DNA of 38,030 nt from Escherichia coli (GTDB taxonomy: Bacteria > Pseudomonadota > Gammaproteobacteria > Enterobacterales > Enterobacteriaceae), in NCBI RefSeq assembly GCF_003334315.1, contig NZ_QOWR01000046.1; one strand, written 5' to 3'. Below are positions 1 through 11,292 of this stretch, in pieces. The notes below the pieces were generated by a model. That model worked only from the letters and a program-made list of their open reading frames with translations. It had not been told where the DNA came from and searched no databases. The position numbers and the translations under genes were made by a program. Positions within the stretch are counted from its first letter, which is position 1. Each line of letters opens with the position of its first letter.

Positions 1-375
1 GACGAACAGTGGGGCTACGTCGGTGCTAAATCACGTCAGCGCTGGCTGTTTTACGCGTATGACAGGATACGGAGGACAGTTGTGGCGCACGTTTTCGGTG
101 AACGCACTATGGCGACGCTGGGGCGTCTTATGAGCCTGCTGTCACCCTTTGACGTGGTGATATGGATGACGGATGGCTGGCCGCTGTATGAATCCCGCCT
201 GAAGGGAAAGCTGCACGTAATCAGCAAGCGATATACGCAGCGAATTGAGCGGCATAACCTGAATCTGAGGCAGCACCTGGCACGGCTGGGACGGAAGTCG
301 CTGTCGTTCTCAAAATCGGTGGAGCTGCATGACAAAGTCATCGGGCATTATCTGAACATAAAACACTATCAATAA
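1..375 (+). CDS. insB: IS1 transposase InsB, C-terminal part (5' truncated by window edge)
   Basis: Open frame from base 1 to stop at 373-375; recognised InsB sequence; ORF track 82..375 is the same frame. Confidence 0.88.
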   Translation, partial: DEQWGYVGAKSRQRWLFYAYDRIRRTVVAHVFGERTMATLGRLMSLLSPFDVVIWMTDGWPLYESRLKGKLHVISKRYTQRIERHNLNLRQHLARLGRKSLSFSKSVELHDKVIGHYLNIKHYQ

Positions 376-390
376 GTTGGAGTCATTACC
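1..390 (+). mobile_element. IS1 insertion sequence, 3' portion (element begins upstream of the window); right terminal inverted repeat ends ...GGAGTCATTACC at 390
   Basis: Frame-1 translation from base 1 ([21 protein letters not shown]...HYLNIKHYQ*) is the C-terminal part of IS1 InsB; 379-390 is the characteristic IS1 end; flanking sequence switches abruptly to elaB. Confidence 0.9.
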
Positions 391-588
391 GTTGAGCTGA
401 AAGCGCGTGCAGAAAAAGCGCTGGATGATGTGAAAAAACGGGTTAGCCAGGCTTCAGACAGTTATTACTATCGGGCGAAGCAGGCAGTTTATCGTGCTGA
501 TGACTACGTCCACGAAAAACCCTGGCAAGGAATTGGTGTGGGCGCGGCCGTTGGGCTGGTACTAGGACTGTTGCTGGCACGCCGTTAA
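391..588 (+). pseudogene. elaB: elaB 3' fragment (ribosome-associated tail-anchored inner membrane protein), interrupted by IS1
   Basis: In-frame translation from 391 gives VELKARAEKALDDVKKRVSQASDSYYYRAKQAVYRADDYVHEKPWQGIGVGAAVGLVLGLLLARR*, the C-terminal ~65 residues of ElaB including its transmembrane anchor; no start codon or N-terminus. Confidence 0.8.
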
Positions 589-601
589 AACCTCCCTACA
601 C

Positions 602-632
602 CGGGGTACTGCATTTTTTTTGTAGTACCCCG
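602..632 (+). terminator. 12-bp stem hairpin with a T7 loop (cggggtactgca-ttttttt-tgtagtaccccg) downstream of elaB
   Basis: Inverted repeat read directly from the sequence, one G-U wobble; no U-tract after the stem, so intrinsic terminator function is uncertain. Confidence 0.35.
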
Positions 633-638
633 TATAAT
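633..638 (+). promoter_or_regulatory. Candidate -10 hexamer TATAAT upstream of menF
   Basis: Perfect TATAAT 29 nt upstream of the menF GTG start; -35 not confidently identified. Confidence 0.3.
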
Positions 639-666
639 GTGAGGCTTTTAACAGGGAGAGGTCCGC

Positions 667-1962
667 GTGCAATCACTTACTACGGCGCTGGAAAATCTAC
701 TGCGCCATTTGTCGCAAGAGATTCCGGCGACACCCGGCATTCGGGTTATCGATATTCCTTTCCCTCTCAAAGACGCTTTTGATGCCTTGAGCTGGCTGGC
801 CAGTCAGCAAACATACCCGCAATTCTACTGGCAACAACGTAATGGTGATGAAGAAGCTGTCGTCCTGGGCGCGATTACCCGTTTTACGTCGTTGGACCAG
901 GCACAACGTTTTCTTCGCCAGCACCCGGAACACGCCGACTTACGCATTTGGGGGCTGAATGCTTTTGACCCGTCGCAGGGCAATTTACTTTTACCCCGCC
1001 TGGAATGGCGACGCTGTGGCGGTAAAGCCACGCTGCGGCTGACGCTATTCAGCGAAAGCTCCCTTCAGCACGATGCGATTCAGGCAAAAGAATTTATCGC
1101 CACACTGGTGAGTATCAAGCCCTTGCCTGGGTTACATTTAACCACCACGCGAGAACAACACTGGCCGGACAAAACGGGCTGGACGCAATTAATCGAACTG
1201 GCAACGAAAACCATCGCCGAAGGTGAGCTCGACAAAGTGGTGCTCGCTCGGGCAACTGACCTGCATTTCGCAAGTCCGGTCAACGCGGCGGCGATGATGG
1301 CTGCCAGTCGTCGACTGAATCTGAATTGCTACCATTTTTACATGGCCTTTGATGGCGAAAATGCTTTTCTTGGCTCTTCACCGGAACGGTTATGGCGGCG
1401 GCGTGACAAAGCGCTGCGTACTGAAGCGCTGGCGGGAACAGTAGCAAATAATCCTGATGATAAGCAGGCGCAGCAGTTAGGAGAGTGGCTGATGGCGGAT
1501 GATAAAAACCAGCGCGAGAACATGCTGGTGGTGGAAGATATCTGTCAACGATTACAGGCCGATACCCAGACGCTGGATGTTTTACCGCCGCAGGTACTGC
1601 GTCTGCGTAAAGTGCAGCATCTTCGCCGCTGTATCTGGACTTCACTCAACAAAGCGGATGATGTGATCTGTTTACATCAGTTGCAGCCAACGGCAGCAGT
1701 TGCTGGCTTACCGCGCGATCTGGCGCGACAGTTTATCGCCCGTCACGAACCGTTCACCCGAGAATGGTACGCCGGTTCTGCGGGCTATCTCTCATTACAA
1801 CAAAGCGAATTCTGCGTTTCCCTGCGCTCAGCAAAAATTAGCGGCAATGTCGTGCGATTATATGCTGGCGCGGGCATTGTCCGTGGTTCCGACCCCGAGC
1901 AAGAGTGGCAGGAAATCGACAACAAAGCGGCAGGGCTGCGTACTTTATTACAAATGGAATAG
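667..1962 (+). CDS. menF: Isochorismate synthase (menaquinone-specific)
   Basis: 431-aa ORF, GTG start preceded by GGGAGAGG; chorismate-binding family sequence recognised as MenF. Confidence 0.93.
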   Translation: MQSLTTALENLLRHLSQEIPATPGIRVIDIPFPLKDAFDALSWLASQQTYPQFYWQQRNGDEEAVVLGAITRFTSLDQAQRFLRQHPEHADLRIWGLNAFDPSQGNLLLPRLEWRRCGGKATLRLTLFSESSLQHDAIQAKEFIATLVSIKPLPGLHLTTTREQHWPDKTGWTQLIELATKTIAEGELDKVVLARATDLHFASPVNAAAMMAASRRLNLNCYHFYMAFDGENAFLGSSPERLWRRRDKALRTEALAGTVANNPDDKQAQQLGEWLMADDKNQRENMLVVEDICQRLQADTQTLDVLPPQVLRLRKVQHLRRCIWTSLNKADDVICLHQLQPTAAVAGLPRDLARQFIARHEPFTREWYAGSAGYLSLQQSEFCVSLRSAKISGNVVRLYAGAGIVRGSDPEQEWQEIDNKAAGLRTLLQME

Positions 1963-2050
1963 TAATGAGTCGCATCATTACCGATTCATATCAATAATCT
2001 ATTTTTGTAGCTCCTTATACTTAGCCGCAATATTGATACCGGACAAACTC

Positions 2051-3721
2051 ATGTCAGTAAGCGCATTTAACCGACGCTGGGCGGCGGTCATTCTGGAAGC
2101 ATTAACGCGTCACGGCGTCAGACACATCTGTATCGCCCCAGGCTCGCGTTCTACACCGTTAACGTTAGCGGCGGCGGAGAATTCCGCATTCATTCACCAC
2201 ACCCATTTCGATGAGCGTGGGTTGGGGCATCTGGCGCTGGGGCTGGCGAAAGTCAGCAAGCAGCCGGTGGCGGTGATTGTGACCTCCGGCACGGCGGTGG
2301 CAAATCTCTATCCGGCACTGATTGAAGCCGGGTTAACCGGAGAAAAACTGATTCTCTTAACCGCCGATCGCCCGCCGGAGCTAATTGACTGCGGCGCGAA
2401 TCAGGCAATTCGCCAGCCGGGAATGTTCGCCTCTCACCCCACGCACAGTATTTCATTGCCGCGCCCGACCCAGGATATCCCCGCACGTTGGCTGGTTTCT
2501 ACCATCGACCACGCTCTCGGTACGCTTCATGCGGGGGGAGTCCATATCAACTGCCCGTTTGCTGAACCGCTGTATGGCGAAATGGACGATACCGGGCTTA
2601 GCTGGCAACAGCGTCTGGGTGACTGGTGGCAGGACGACAAACCGTGGCTGCGTGAAGCGCCTCGTCTGGAAAGTGAAAAACAGCGCGACTGGTTCTTCTG
2701 GCGACAAAAGCGCGGCGTGGTGGTTGCCGGGCGCATGAGTGCGGAAGAGGGCAAAAAAGTTGCCCTGTGGGCGCAAACTCTTGGCTGGCCGCTGATTGGC
2801 GATGTGCTGTCACAAACCGGGCAGCCGCTGCCGTGTGCCGATCTTTGGTTAGGCAATGCCAAAGCGACCAGCGAGCTGCAGCAGGCGCAAATTGTGGTGC
2901 AACTGGGAAGCAGCCTGACGGGGAAACGGCTCCTGCAATGGCAGGCAAGCTGTGAACCAGAAGAGTACTGGATTGTTGATGACATTGAAGGGCGACTTGA
3001 TCCGGCACACCATCGCGGACGTCGCTTAATTGCCAATATTGCCGACTGGCTGGAGCTGCATCCGGCAGAAAAACGCCAGCCCTGGTGCGTTGAAATCCCG
3101 CGCCTGGCGGAACAGGCAATGCAGGCGGTTATTGCCCGCCGTGATGCGTTTGGCGAAGCGCAACTGGCGCATCGCATCAGCGACTATCTGCCTGAACAGG
3201 GGCAATTGTTTGTTGGTAACAGCCTGGTGGTACGTCTGATTGATGCGCTTTCGCAACTTCCGGCAGGTTACCCGGTGTACAGCAACCGTGGGGCCAGCGG
3301 TATCGACGGGCTGCTTTCGACCGCCGCCGGCGTTCAGCGGGCAAGCGGCAAACCGACGCTGGCGATTGTGGGCGATCTCTCCGCACTTTACGACCTCAAT
3401 GCGCTGGCGTTATTGCGCCAGGTTTCCGCGCCGCTGGTATTAATTGTGGTGAACAACAACGGCGGGCAAATTTTCTCGCTGCTGCCAACGCCGAAAAGCG
3501 AGCGTGAGCGTTTCTATCTGATGCCGCAAAACGTCCATTTTGAGCACGCCGCCGCGATGTTCGAGCTGAAATATCATCGTCCGCAAAACTGGCAGGAACT
3601 TGAAACGGCATTTGCCGACGCCTGGCGCACGCCAACCACCACGGTGATTGAAATGGTGGTTAACGACACCGATGGTGCGCAAACGCTCCAGCAACTTCTG
3701 GCGCAGGTAAGCCATTTATGA
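2051..3721 (+). CDS. menD: 2-succinyl-5-enolpyruvyl-6-hydroxy-3-cyclohexene-1-carboxylate synthase (ThDP-dependent)
   Basis: 556 aa from ATG at 2051 ([13 protein letters not shown]...); the track ORF 1700..3721 is an upstream in-frame extension overlapping menF. Confidence 0.92.
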   Translation: MSVSAFNRRWAAVILEALTRHGVRHICIAPGSRSTPLTLAAAENSAFIHHTHFDERGLGHLALGLAKVSKQPVAVIVTSGTAVANLYPALIEAGLTGEKLILLTADRPPELIDCGANQAIRQPGMFASHPTHSISLPRPTQDIPARWLVSTIDHALGTLHAGGVHINCPFAEPLYGEMDDTGLSWQQRLGDWWQDDKPWLREAPRLESEKQRDWFFWRQKRGVVVAGRMSAEEGKKVALWAQTLGWPLIGDVLSQTGQPLPCADLWLGNAKATSELQQAQIVVQLGSSLTGKRLLQWQASCEPEEYWIVDDIEGRLDPAHHRGRRLIANIADWLELHPAEKRQPWCVEIPRLAEQAMQAVIARRDAFGEAQLAHRISDYLPEQGQLFVGNSLVVRLIDALSQLPAGYPVYSNRGASGIDGLLSTAAGVQRASGKPTLAIVGDLSALYDLNALALLRQVSAPLVLIVVNNNGGQIFSLLPTPKSERERFYLMPQNVHFEHAAAMFELKYHRPQNWQELETAFADAWRTPTTTVIEMVVNDTDGAQTLQQLLAQVSHL

Positions 3722-4476
3722 TCCTGCACGCGCAGGCAAAACACGGAAAACCAGGTTTACCCTGGCTGGTGTTTTTGCACGGTTTTTCCGGCGATTGCCA
3801 CGAATGGCAAGAAGTGGGCGAGGCGTTTGCCGACTACTCACGGTTGTATGTTGATCTCCCAGGTCATGGTGGTTCGGCGGCGATTAGCGTCGATGGATTT
3901 GATGATGTCACCGACTTACTGCGTAAAACCTTGGTTAGTTACAACATCCTTGACTTCTGGCTGGTGGGGTACTCGCTTGGCGGACGGGTGGCGATGATGG
4001 CGGCTTGCCAGGGGCTGACGGGGCTTTGTGGGGTTATTGTCGAAGGCGGGCATCCGGGGCTGCAAAATGCTGAACAACGTGCGGAACGTCAGCGTTCCGA
4101 TCGCCAATGGGCGCAGCGTTTTTGCACAGAACCGTTAACGGCGGTATTTGCCGACTGGTATCAACAGCCTGTTTTTGCCTCGCTCAATGACGATCAACGC
4201 CGGGAGCTGGTGGTGCTGCGCAGCAACAATAATGGCGCAACCCTTGCCGCCATGCTGGAGGCGACTTCTCTCGCCGTCCAGCCTGATTTACGTGCTAACC
4301 TTAGCGCCCGCACATTTGCGTTTTATTATTTATGTGGTGAACGTGACAGCAAATTCCGCGCCCTGGCGGCGGAACTGGCTGCCGACTGCCATGTCATTCC
4401 TCGCGCCGGACATAACGCGCATCGGGAAAATCCCGCTGGCGTAATCGCAAGTCTGGCGCAGATCTTGCGTTTCTGA
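3718..4476 (+). CDS. menH: 2-succinyl-6-hydroxy-2,4-cyclohexadiene-1-carboxylate synthase (alpha/beta hydrolase)
   Basis: 252-aa ORF, start overlaps menD stop by 4 nt (ATGA); GYSLGG nucleophile elbow. Confidence 0.9.
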
Positions 4477-4490
4477 CTAAAGGACACAAT

Positions 4491-5348
4491 ATGATTTATC
4501 CTGATGAAGCAATGCTTTACGCACCGGTTGAATGGCACGACTGCTCCGAAGGTTTCGAGGACATTCGTTATGAAAAATCCACCGACGGTATCGCAAAAAT
4601 CACCATTAATCGTCCGCAGGTGCGCAATGCCTTCCGTCCTCTGACGGTAAAAGAGATGATCCAGGCACTGGCAGATGCGCGTTATGACGACAATATCGGC
4701 GTGATCATTCTGACTGGCGCAGGCGATAAAGCGTTCTGCTCCGGTGGTGACCAGAAAGTGCGTGGTGATTACGGCGGCTATAAAGATGATTCCGGCGTAC
4801 ATCACTTGAACGTGCTGGACTTCCAGCGTCAGATCCGTACCTGTCCGAAACCGGTTGTCGCGATGGTGGCTGGCTACTCCATCGGCGGTGGTCACGTTCT
4901 GCACATGATGTGCGACCTGACTATCGCAGCAGATAATGCCATCTTCGGTCAGACTGGCCCGAAAGTCGGTTCCTTCGACGGCGGCTGGGGCGCTTCCTAC
5001 ATGGCTCGTATCGTCGGGCAGAAAAAAGCGCGAGAAATCTGGTTCCTGTGCCGTCAGTACGACGCAAAACAGGCGCTGGATATGGGCCTTGTCAACACCG
5101 TGGTACCGCTGGCGGATCTGGAAAAAGAAACCGTCCGTTGGTGCCGCGAAATGCTGCAAAACAGCCCGATGGCGCTGCGCTGCCTGAAAGCTGCGCTGAA
5201 CGCCGACTGTGACGGTCAGGCAGGTCTGCAGGAACTGGCGGGTAACGCCACCATGCTGTTCTACATGACGGAAGAAGGTCAGGAAGGTCGCAACGCCTTC
5301 AACCAGAAACGTCAGCCTGATTTCAGCAAATTTAAACGGAATCCGTAA
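4491..5348 (+). CDS. menB: 1,4-dihydroxy-2-naphthoyl-CoA synthase (crotonase fold)
   Basis: 285-aa ORF, recognised MenB sequence. Confidence 0.93.
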
Positions 5349-6310
5349 TGCGTAGCGCGCAGGTATACCGCTGGCAGATCCCCATGGACGCGGGGGTGGT
5401 TCTGCGCGACAGGCGGTTAAAAACCCGCGACGGGCTGTATGTTTGCCTGCGTGAAGGCGAGCGCGAAGGGTGGGGGGAGATCTCCCCACTGCCGGGCTTC
5501 AGTCAGGAAACCTGGGAAGAGGCGCAAAGTGTGCTGCTTGCCTGGGTAAATAACTGGCTGGCAGGCGATTGCGAATTACCGCAGCTGCCTTCCGTCGCCT
5601 TTGGCGTAAGCTGTGCATTGGCAGAACTGACAGATACGTTGCCGCAAGCAGCCAACTACCGTGCGGCACCGCTGTGTAATGGCGATCCGGACGATCTGAT
5701 CCTCAAACTTGCAGATATGCCAGGCGAGAAAGTGGCGAAGGTCAAAGTGGGATTGTACGAAGCGGTGCGCGACGGCATGGTGGTGAATCTGTTGCTGGAG
5801 GCAATTCCGGATCTGCATTTGCGTCTTGACGCAAATCGCGCCTGGACACCGCTGAAAGGTCAGCAGTTTGCCAAATACGTTAACCCGGATTATCGCGACC
5901 GCATCGCGTTTCTCGAAGAGCCGTGCAAAACCCGCGATGATTCGCGAGCGTTTGCCCGTGAAACCGGCATTGCCATTGCCTGGGATGAAAGCCTGCGCGA
6001 GCCGGATTTTGCCTTTGTGGCTGAAGAGGGCGTGCGCGCGGTAGTTATCAAACCCACGCTCACGGGCAGTCTGGAAAAAGTACGCGAGCAGGTACAGGCG
6101 GCGCACGCGCTGGGGCTGACGGCGGTGATCAGTTCTTCCATTGAATCGAGCTTAGGCTTAACGCAACTGGCGCGGATTGCCGCCTGGTTAACGCCGGACA
6201 CCATTCCAGGGCTGGACACGCTGGATCTGATGCAGGCGCAGCAGGTACGTCGCTGGCCGGGTAGCACGCTGCCTGTCGTGGAAGTTGATGCACTGGAGCG
6301 GTTGTTATGA
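5348..6310 (+). CDS. menC: o-succinylbenzoate synthase (enolase superfamily)
   Basis: 320-aa ORF, start shares one base with menB stop. Confidence 0.92.
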   Translation: MRSAQVYRWQIPMDAGVVLRDRRLKTRDGLYVCLREGEREGWGEISPLPGFSQETWEEAQSVLLAWVNNWLAGDCELPQLPSVAFGVSCALAELTDTLPQAANYRAAPLCNGDPDDLILKLADMPGEKVAKVKVGLYEAVRDGMVVNLLLEAIPDLHLRLDANRAWTPLKGQQFAKYVNPDYRDRIAFLEEPCKTRDDSRAFARETGIAIAWDESLREPDFAFVAEEGVRAVVIKPTLTGSLEKVREQVQAAHALGLTAVISSSIESSLGLTQLARIAAWLTPDTIPGLDTLDLMQAQQVRRWPGSTLPVVEVDALERLL

Positions 6311-7662
6311 TCTTCTCTGACTGGCCGTGGCGTCACTGGCGGCAAGTGCGGGGAGAAACCATCGCCTTACGTCTTAATGACGAGCAACTCAACTGGCGCG
6401 AGCTTTGTGCTCGCGTCGATGAATTAGCCTCCGGATTTGCGGTGCAGGGGGTGGTTGAGGGCAGCGGCGTGATGTTGCGGGCGTGGAATACGCCGCAAAC
6501 GCTGCTCGCCTGGCTGGCGTTACTGCAATGCGGGGCGCGGGTGTTGCCCGTGAACCCTCAGCTGCCGCAACCGTTGCTTGAAGAATTGCTGCCCAATCTG
6601 ACGCTGCAATTTGCGCTGGTGCCGGATGGGGAAAACACGTTTCCGGCATTAACGTCGCTGCACATTCAGCGGGTTGAAGGCGCACATGCCGCTACGTGGC
6701 AGCCGACGCGTCTGTGCTCAATGACGTTGACCTCGGGTTCTACCGGGTTGCCGAAAGCCGCTGTCCATACTTATCAGGCCCATCTTGCCAGTGCCGAAGG
6801 GGTGTTATCGTTGATTCCGTTTGGCGATCACGATGACTGGTTGCTCTCTTTACCGCTGTTTCACGTCTCCGGTCAGGGAATTATGTGGCGCTGGTTATAC
6901 GCTGGTGCGCGGGTGACGGTGCGTGATAAACAGCCATTGGAGCAAATGCTGGCAGGCTGTACTCACGCTTCACTGGTGCCAACACAACTCTGGCGTTTGC
7001 TGGTTAACCGCAGTTCCGTTTCCCTGAAAGCGGTGTTACTTGGCGGCGCGGCTATCCCGGTCGAGTTGACGGAACAGGCGCGCGAGCAGGGGATTCGTTG
7101 CTTTTGCGGCTATGGTCTGACCGAGTTTGCCTCCACGGTGTGTGCGAAAGAAGCCGACGGCCTGGCAGACGTTGGTTCGCCGCTGCCGGGTCGGGAAGTG
7201 AAAATCGTTAATAATGAAGTGTGGCTGCGGGCTGCCAGTATGGCAGAAGGTTACTGGCGTAACGGGCAACTGGTTTCACTGGTTAATGACGAAGGCTGGT
7301 ACGCTACGCGCGATCGCGGTGAGATGCATAATGGCAAGCTGACCATTGTCGGACGTTTAGACAATCTATTCTTCAGTGGCGGAGAGGGTATTCAGCCGGA
7401 AGAAGTCGAGCGCGTAATTGCTGCACATCCTGCGGTTTTGCAGGTGTTTATCGTCCCCGTTGCCGACAAGGAGTTTGGTCATCGACCGGTGGCGGTGATG
7501 GAGTATGACCACGAGAGCGTTGATCTTAGTGAATGGGTGAAAGATAAGCTGGCCCGTTTTCAGCAACCGGTGCGTTGGTTAACGTTGCCGCCTGAACTGA
7601 AAAACGGCGGTATTAAAATTTCACGTCAGGCGCTAAAAGAGTGGGTGCAACGTCAGCAATAA
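6307..7662 (+). CDS. menE: o-succinylbenzoate-CoA ligase (adenylate-forming enzyme)
   Basis: 451-aa ORF, 4-nt overlap with menC; [12 protein letters not shown]-binding motif. Confidence 0.92.
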   Translation: MIFSDWPWRHWRQVRGETIALRLNDEQLNWRELCARVDELASGFAVQGVVEGSGVMLRAWNTPQTLLAWLALLQCGARVLPVNPQLPQPLLEELLPNLTLQFALVPDGENTFPALTSLHIQRVEGAHAATWQPTRLCSMTLTSGSTGLPKAAVHTYQAHLASAEGVLSLIPFGDHDDWLLSLPLFHVSGQGIMWRWLYAGARVTVRDKQPLEQMLAGCTHASLVPTQLWRLLVNRSSVSLKAVLLGGAAIPVELTEQAREQGIRCFCGYGLTEFASTVCAKEADGLADVGSPLPGREVKIVNNEVWLRAASMAEGYWRNGQLVSLVNDEGWYATRDRGEMHNGKLTIVGRLDNLFFSGGEGIQPEEVERVIAAHPAVLQVFIVPVADKEFGHRPVAVMEYDHESVDLSEWVKDKLARFQQPVRWLTLPPELKNGGIKISRQALKEWVQRQQ

Positions 7663-7771
7663 TTAACCCTCCGTTTCACTTCTCATTTCAGCCATTCCAT
7701 TGCCGTTGATAAAGAGTTTATCTGTTAATCTGTAAATTGATGTGAAAACTCTTAGCAAACAGGATAATGCA

Positions 7772-8038
7772 ATGGAATGGCTGGTCAAAAAATCGTGCTG
7801 CAATAAACAAGATAACAGACATGTACTTATGCTCTGCGATGCTGGCGGCGCGATAAAAATGATCGCCGAAGTGAAGAGTGACTTCGCCGTGAAAGTGGGG
7901 GATTTACTCTCGCCTTTGCAGAATGCGCTTTATTGTATTAATCGTGAAAAGCTGCATACGGTGAAAGTCCTCTCGGCAAGCAGTTATAGCCCCGATGAGT
8001 GGGAACGGCAGTGTAAAGTGGCAGGGAAAACTCAGTAA
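7772..8038 (+). CDS. pmrD: Signal transduction connector protein PmrD (polymyxin resistance)
   Basis: 88 aa from ATG at 7772 ([18 protein letters not shown]...); the track ORF starts further upstream at 7742 in the same frame. Confidence 0.85.
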   Translation: MEWLVKKSCCNKQDNRHVLMLCDAGGAIKMIAEVKSDFAVKVGDLLSPLQNALYCINREKLHTVKVLSASSYSPDEWERQCKVAGKTQ

Positions 8039-8418
8039 CGTTGTTTTGTCATGGGCAGGAAAATCAGCATCAACCCGCTCATAATACAGGCTACTCCCAG
8101 TAGTGCTTTCAGCGAAAAAGTCCCTTCCCAGCCGGGAAGTACCATTGAAGCAATCCATACCAGCACATAACTCATACTGAGCAAGGCATAGGCTTTGCTT
8201 AGCGCAAGTTTATGAAGCGTTTTATACCAACAAAAAACGGAAAGCAGATAACCCAGCAGCCCGAGTAACAGTATCCGGGCATCCAGGCCAAAAGCTAACA
8301 GAGCCGCGATAAAATCCCATAAGTGCGTCATCGGCGGCAGATGACTTGCCGCAAAACCCAGGCTTAATTGCGCAACTGAGGCAATAATGACGCTGAATAA
8401 TCCCCATATCAGGCCCAT
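8032..8418 (-). CDS. arnF: Undecaprenyl-phosphate-L-Ara4N flippase subunit ArnF
   Basis: 128 aa from ATG at 8418 ([12 protein letters not shown]...), hydrophobic 4-TM profile; start overlaps arnE stop (TAATG); 3' end overlaps the pmrD 3' end by 7 bp. Confidence 0.85.
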   Translation of the reverse strand: MGLIWGLFSVIIASVAQLSLGFAASHLPPMTHLWDFIAALLAFGLDARILLLGLLGYLLSVFCWYKTLHKLALSKAYALLSMSYVLVWIASMVLPGWEGTFSLKALLGVACIMSGLMLIFLPMTKQRY

Positions 8419-8753
8419 TACACCGTACTCCCGAGGATCACAATGCCACCAATAATGAACGCCACCCCACACCAGTGACGCGGCGATACCGGTTCGTGCC
8501 ACAGTTTTACTGCAGCCAGCGTCACCCAGACAAAATTCAGACTTAACATCGGGTAGGCAATGCCTACCGGTACGTTCTGCAAGACCAGCAGCCAGAGCAC
8601 CATGGCAAGACCAAGACAAGCCAGCGCCAGTCCCAGCCACAGCACGATATGTTTGCGCCGTTTGTTTATCGCCACAAAGCAGGTTGCCTGTTTCTGACAC
8701 AACTGCCCGGCAACGCTAAGCAAGCTGGCAAAGACTAATGTTAGCCAGATCAT
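8418..8753 (-). CDS. arnE: Undecaprenyl-phosphate-L-Ara4N flippase subunit ArnE
   Basis: 111-aa hydrophobic ORF, recognised sequence. Confidence 0.88.
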
Positions 8754-10402
8754 TTGGGACGATACTGAATCAGCACCAGACGCTCCTGACGATCGATGGC
8801 ATCTGCGGGCGGAATGGCGAGACTGTTGATATCTTCATCGCGGTCAACCGAAAGCACGAGAGTAATAATCCCCTCCTGACGATGTTGATTAAGCCAGTTT
8901 GCGAACTCATCACCGCTGACAAATCTCCCTTTCGCATCCGGATAATTAAGGCCGTATTTCAACTCACCTGTCTGGCGATACATGATGATGTCATCGCGTT
9001 GCAGGCTCCATGCCAGACCTGCGGCAACACCGACGCTATCAGTAAGAATATAGCGGCTTGGCTGAAGTGATTCTTGTGTCATCTCGACAAAAAATTGCGG
9101 ATGTTTTCCTTCCATAACTCTGTCAGGAATTGAAAATCCTACCAGCAACGCCAGCCCCAGCGGGCAAAGCGCGGCAAAAGGCCAGGTCTTTTCGACGTTT
9201 GTTAAGGTGTACCAGCCGAAAAATGCCCATAGCGAAAAAATCGACCAGGCACAAAAGACTTTATAGCTCTCGAAGGTTTGCCACACCGGCGTGTTCATTG
9301 GTCCCCACGGGGAGACCACAAATGTGGCAATAATGCCAGTGACGCCAAAAGCGATGTTAATCCAGCCATTAATCCGCAGCGCCAGAGGATTATTTTTTGC
9401 TGCCAGCAAAGCGTAATGCGCCATCAGCATTGCCAGAGATGCAAAGCAGGAAAGAATATAGGTGGGCAATTTACCTTTAGCGACGGAGAAAAACAGCAGC
9501 GGCATTATCGTCCAGCTCAACAAATAGACGGTTGCGGAATGCTTGCGGTTTTTCCAGCCTGTGTACAGTGCACCGGGGAGTAATCCCAGCCACGGCAGGC
9601 TACCGGCAATGATGACCGGCACGTAGTACCAGAACGGAGCTCTATGTTGGGCATCATCCAGTGCAAAGCGTTGAATATGCTCAACCCAGAAAAAATAGTG
9701 CCAGAAGTTAGGCTCCCGCTGCGCTATCGCCAGTCCCCAAGGGAGAACCGTCAGTACGCAACTGATAACCGCCAGCCAGCCGTAAATAAAGAGATCTTTC
9801 CAGCGTTTTTGCGTCGCTACCCATGGCAGCACGCTTAATACCGGCACGGCAAGGGCGAGAAAACCTTTGGTCATCACCCCCATGCCGCAGGTGATTCCCA
9901 GCAGTAAAAATCCTGCGCTTTTGCCTTTCCACGTCTGTGCCTGCATTGCCAGCCAGAAGCTGCACATTCCCGCCACCAGCCAGAATGCAATAAACGGATC
10001 GAGCACGGCATAAGTGCCGATGGCATAGACAATAAACAATGAGAGATAAATTACTGTGGCGAGTAGAGCCAGACGTTTATCGCGCCATAAGCGCAGAGTA
10101 AACCAGGTCACCAGCGCGGCAGTTAACAGGGTCGCAAAGATAACGCCTGCCCGCACACCAAAGTTATTCGCGCCAAATAGCCATTGCCCAATGCTGTTAA
10201 TCCAGTATCCGGCAATGGGTTTTTCGAAATAACGTAGCCCTAACAGATGGGGCACAATCCAGTCGCCGGATGCCAGCATTTCTCGACTGATTTCCGCATA
10301 ACGCGTTTCATCGGGTTGCCAGAGCAGACGCGTGCTGATCGGTAACAGGTAATAGCAGGCAATAAACGCGAAGAGGCCGATAAGGTAACGTACCGATTTC
10401 AT
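8750..10402 (-). CDS. arnT: Undecaprenyl-phosphate-L-Ara4N:lipid A arabinosyltransferase
   Basis: 550-aa polytopic membrane ORF; 4-nt overlap with arnE. Confidence 0.92.
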
Positions 10403-11292
10403 CAGCGACTACCCGCAATTTGTTGGCAACCCAGCCAGCCTTCACGTCCGGCAATATTTCCGCGAACAACTTGTCCGAGCGGCAACGTCTCTGATAACAG
10501 TTCGCTTAAAGGGCAAAATGTCACGCCTTCCTGAGCTGCGCGTTTGAGGAGATCCACAAAATTATGCTGATAAGCGCAGCCTTCAACTTCTGCATGAATG
10601 GTATAAACCGGCGTGCCTTTATCTCGCAGGATGCGGTTGAGTAACCAACCGTTAAAATCTTCTGCTTTCACATCCCGACCAATCACTTCATCCCAGGTGG
10701 GTAAGGTCACCGGAATTTGCGCAGTGCCAGGGTTTCCTGATTCGAGCAATGGACGGAACGGCATGGCCCCACGACAATCGCTGTTGTAGCGCAAATGGAA
10801 CGCTTCTTTTGCTTCGATCACCTTCTGGTCGGCACGCCAGCCCGCAGCGGCAGAACAGGTTACCGGTTGACCGATAATCTCTTCCAGAGTGCGAAGACCG
10901 CGTGCAATATCGTCGATCATTGTTTGCCGATCCCAGTTACCGCTACGGGCTTGCCAGGCATGGTGATCCCAGGCGTGCAGGCCGACTTCGTGATGTTTAG
11001 CCGCTTCACGAATGATATCGGCATTGGCATGACCAATCTCTTTACCTGGCCAGGCCGTACCTGCCAGTAAAATATCCCAGCCATAAAGCGATGCCGCGTT
11101 TGAGCGCAGCATCTTCCACAAAAACTGTGGCTTCACCAGTCGCCAGAGATGGCGGCCCATATTGTCCGGGCCGACGCTGAAAAAAATGCTGGCCTGAATA
11201 TTATGCTTACTCAAGATTTCCAGCAGACGCGGCACGCCTTCACGGGTGCCACGAAAGGTATCGACATCAATGCGTAAGCCTACTTTGGTCAT
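10402..11292 (-). CDS. arnD: 4-deoxy-4-formamido-L-arabinose-phosphoundecaprenol deformylase
   Basis: 296-aa ORF, polysaccharide deacetylase-like; overlaps arnT and arnA. Confidence 0.9.

Noticed and set aside
1700-2050. Upstream in-frame extension of the menD ORF in the six-frame track (673 aa)
   Set aside because: It overlaps the menF 3' end in another frame; the MSVSAFN ATG at 2051 fits the menD family N-terminus.
4326-5489. 387-aa ORF antisense to menB/menC, and similar long antisense ORFs (2527-3177, 27936-28643, 34659-35924, 12494-12859)
   Set aside because: All lie entirely within well-supported genes on the opposite strand, have Arg/Ala/Cys-rich low-complexity translations typical of antisense frames, and lack ribosome-binding sites.
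7663-7771. Looked for a canonical PhoP box (TGTTTA-N5-TGTTTA) upstream of pmrD
   Set aside because: Only one reasonable half-site (GTTTAT near 7716-7721) is visible; the second half-site is poor, so I did not call a site.
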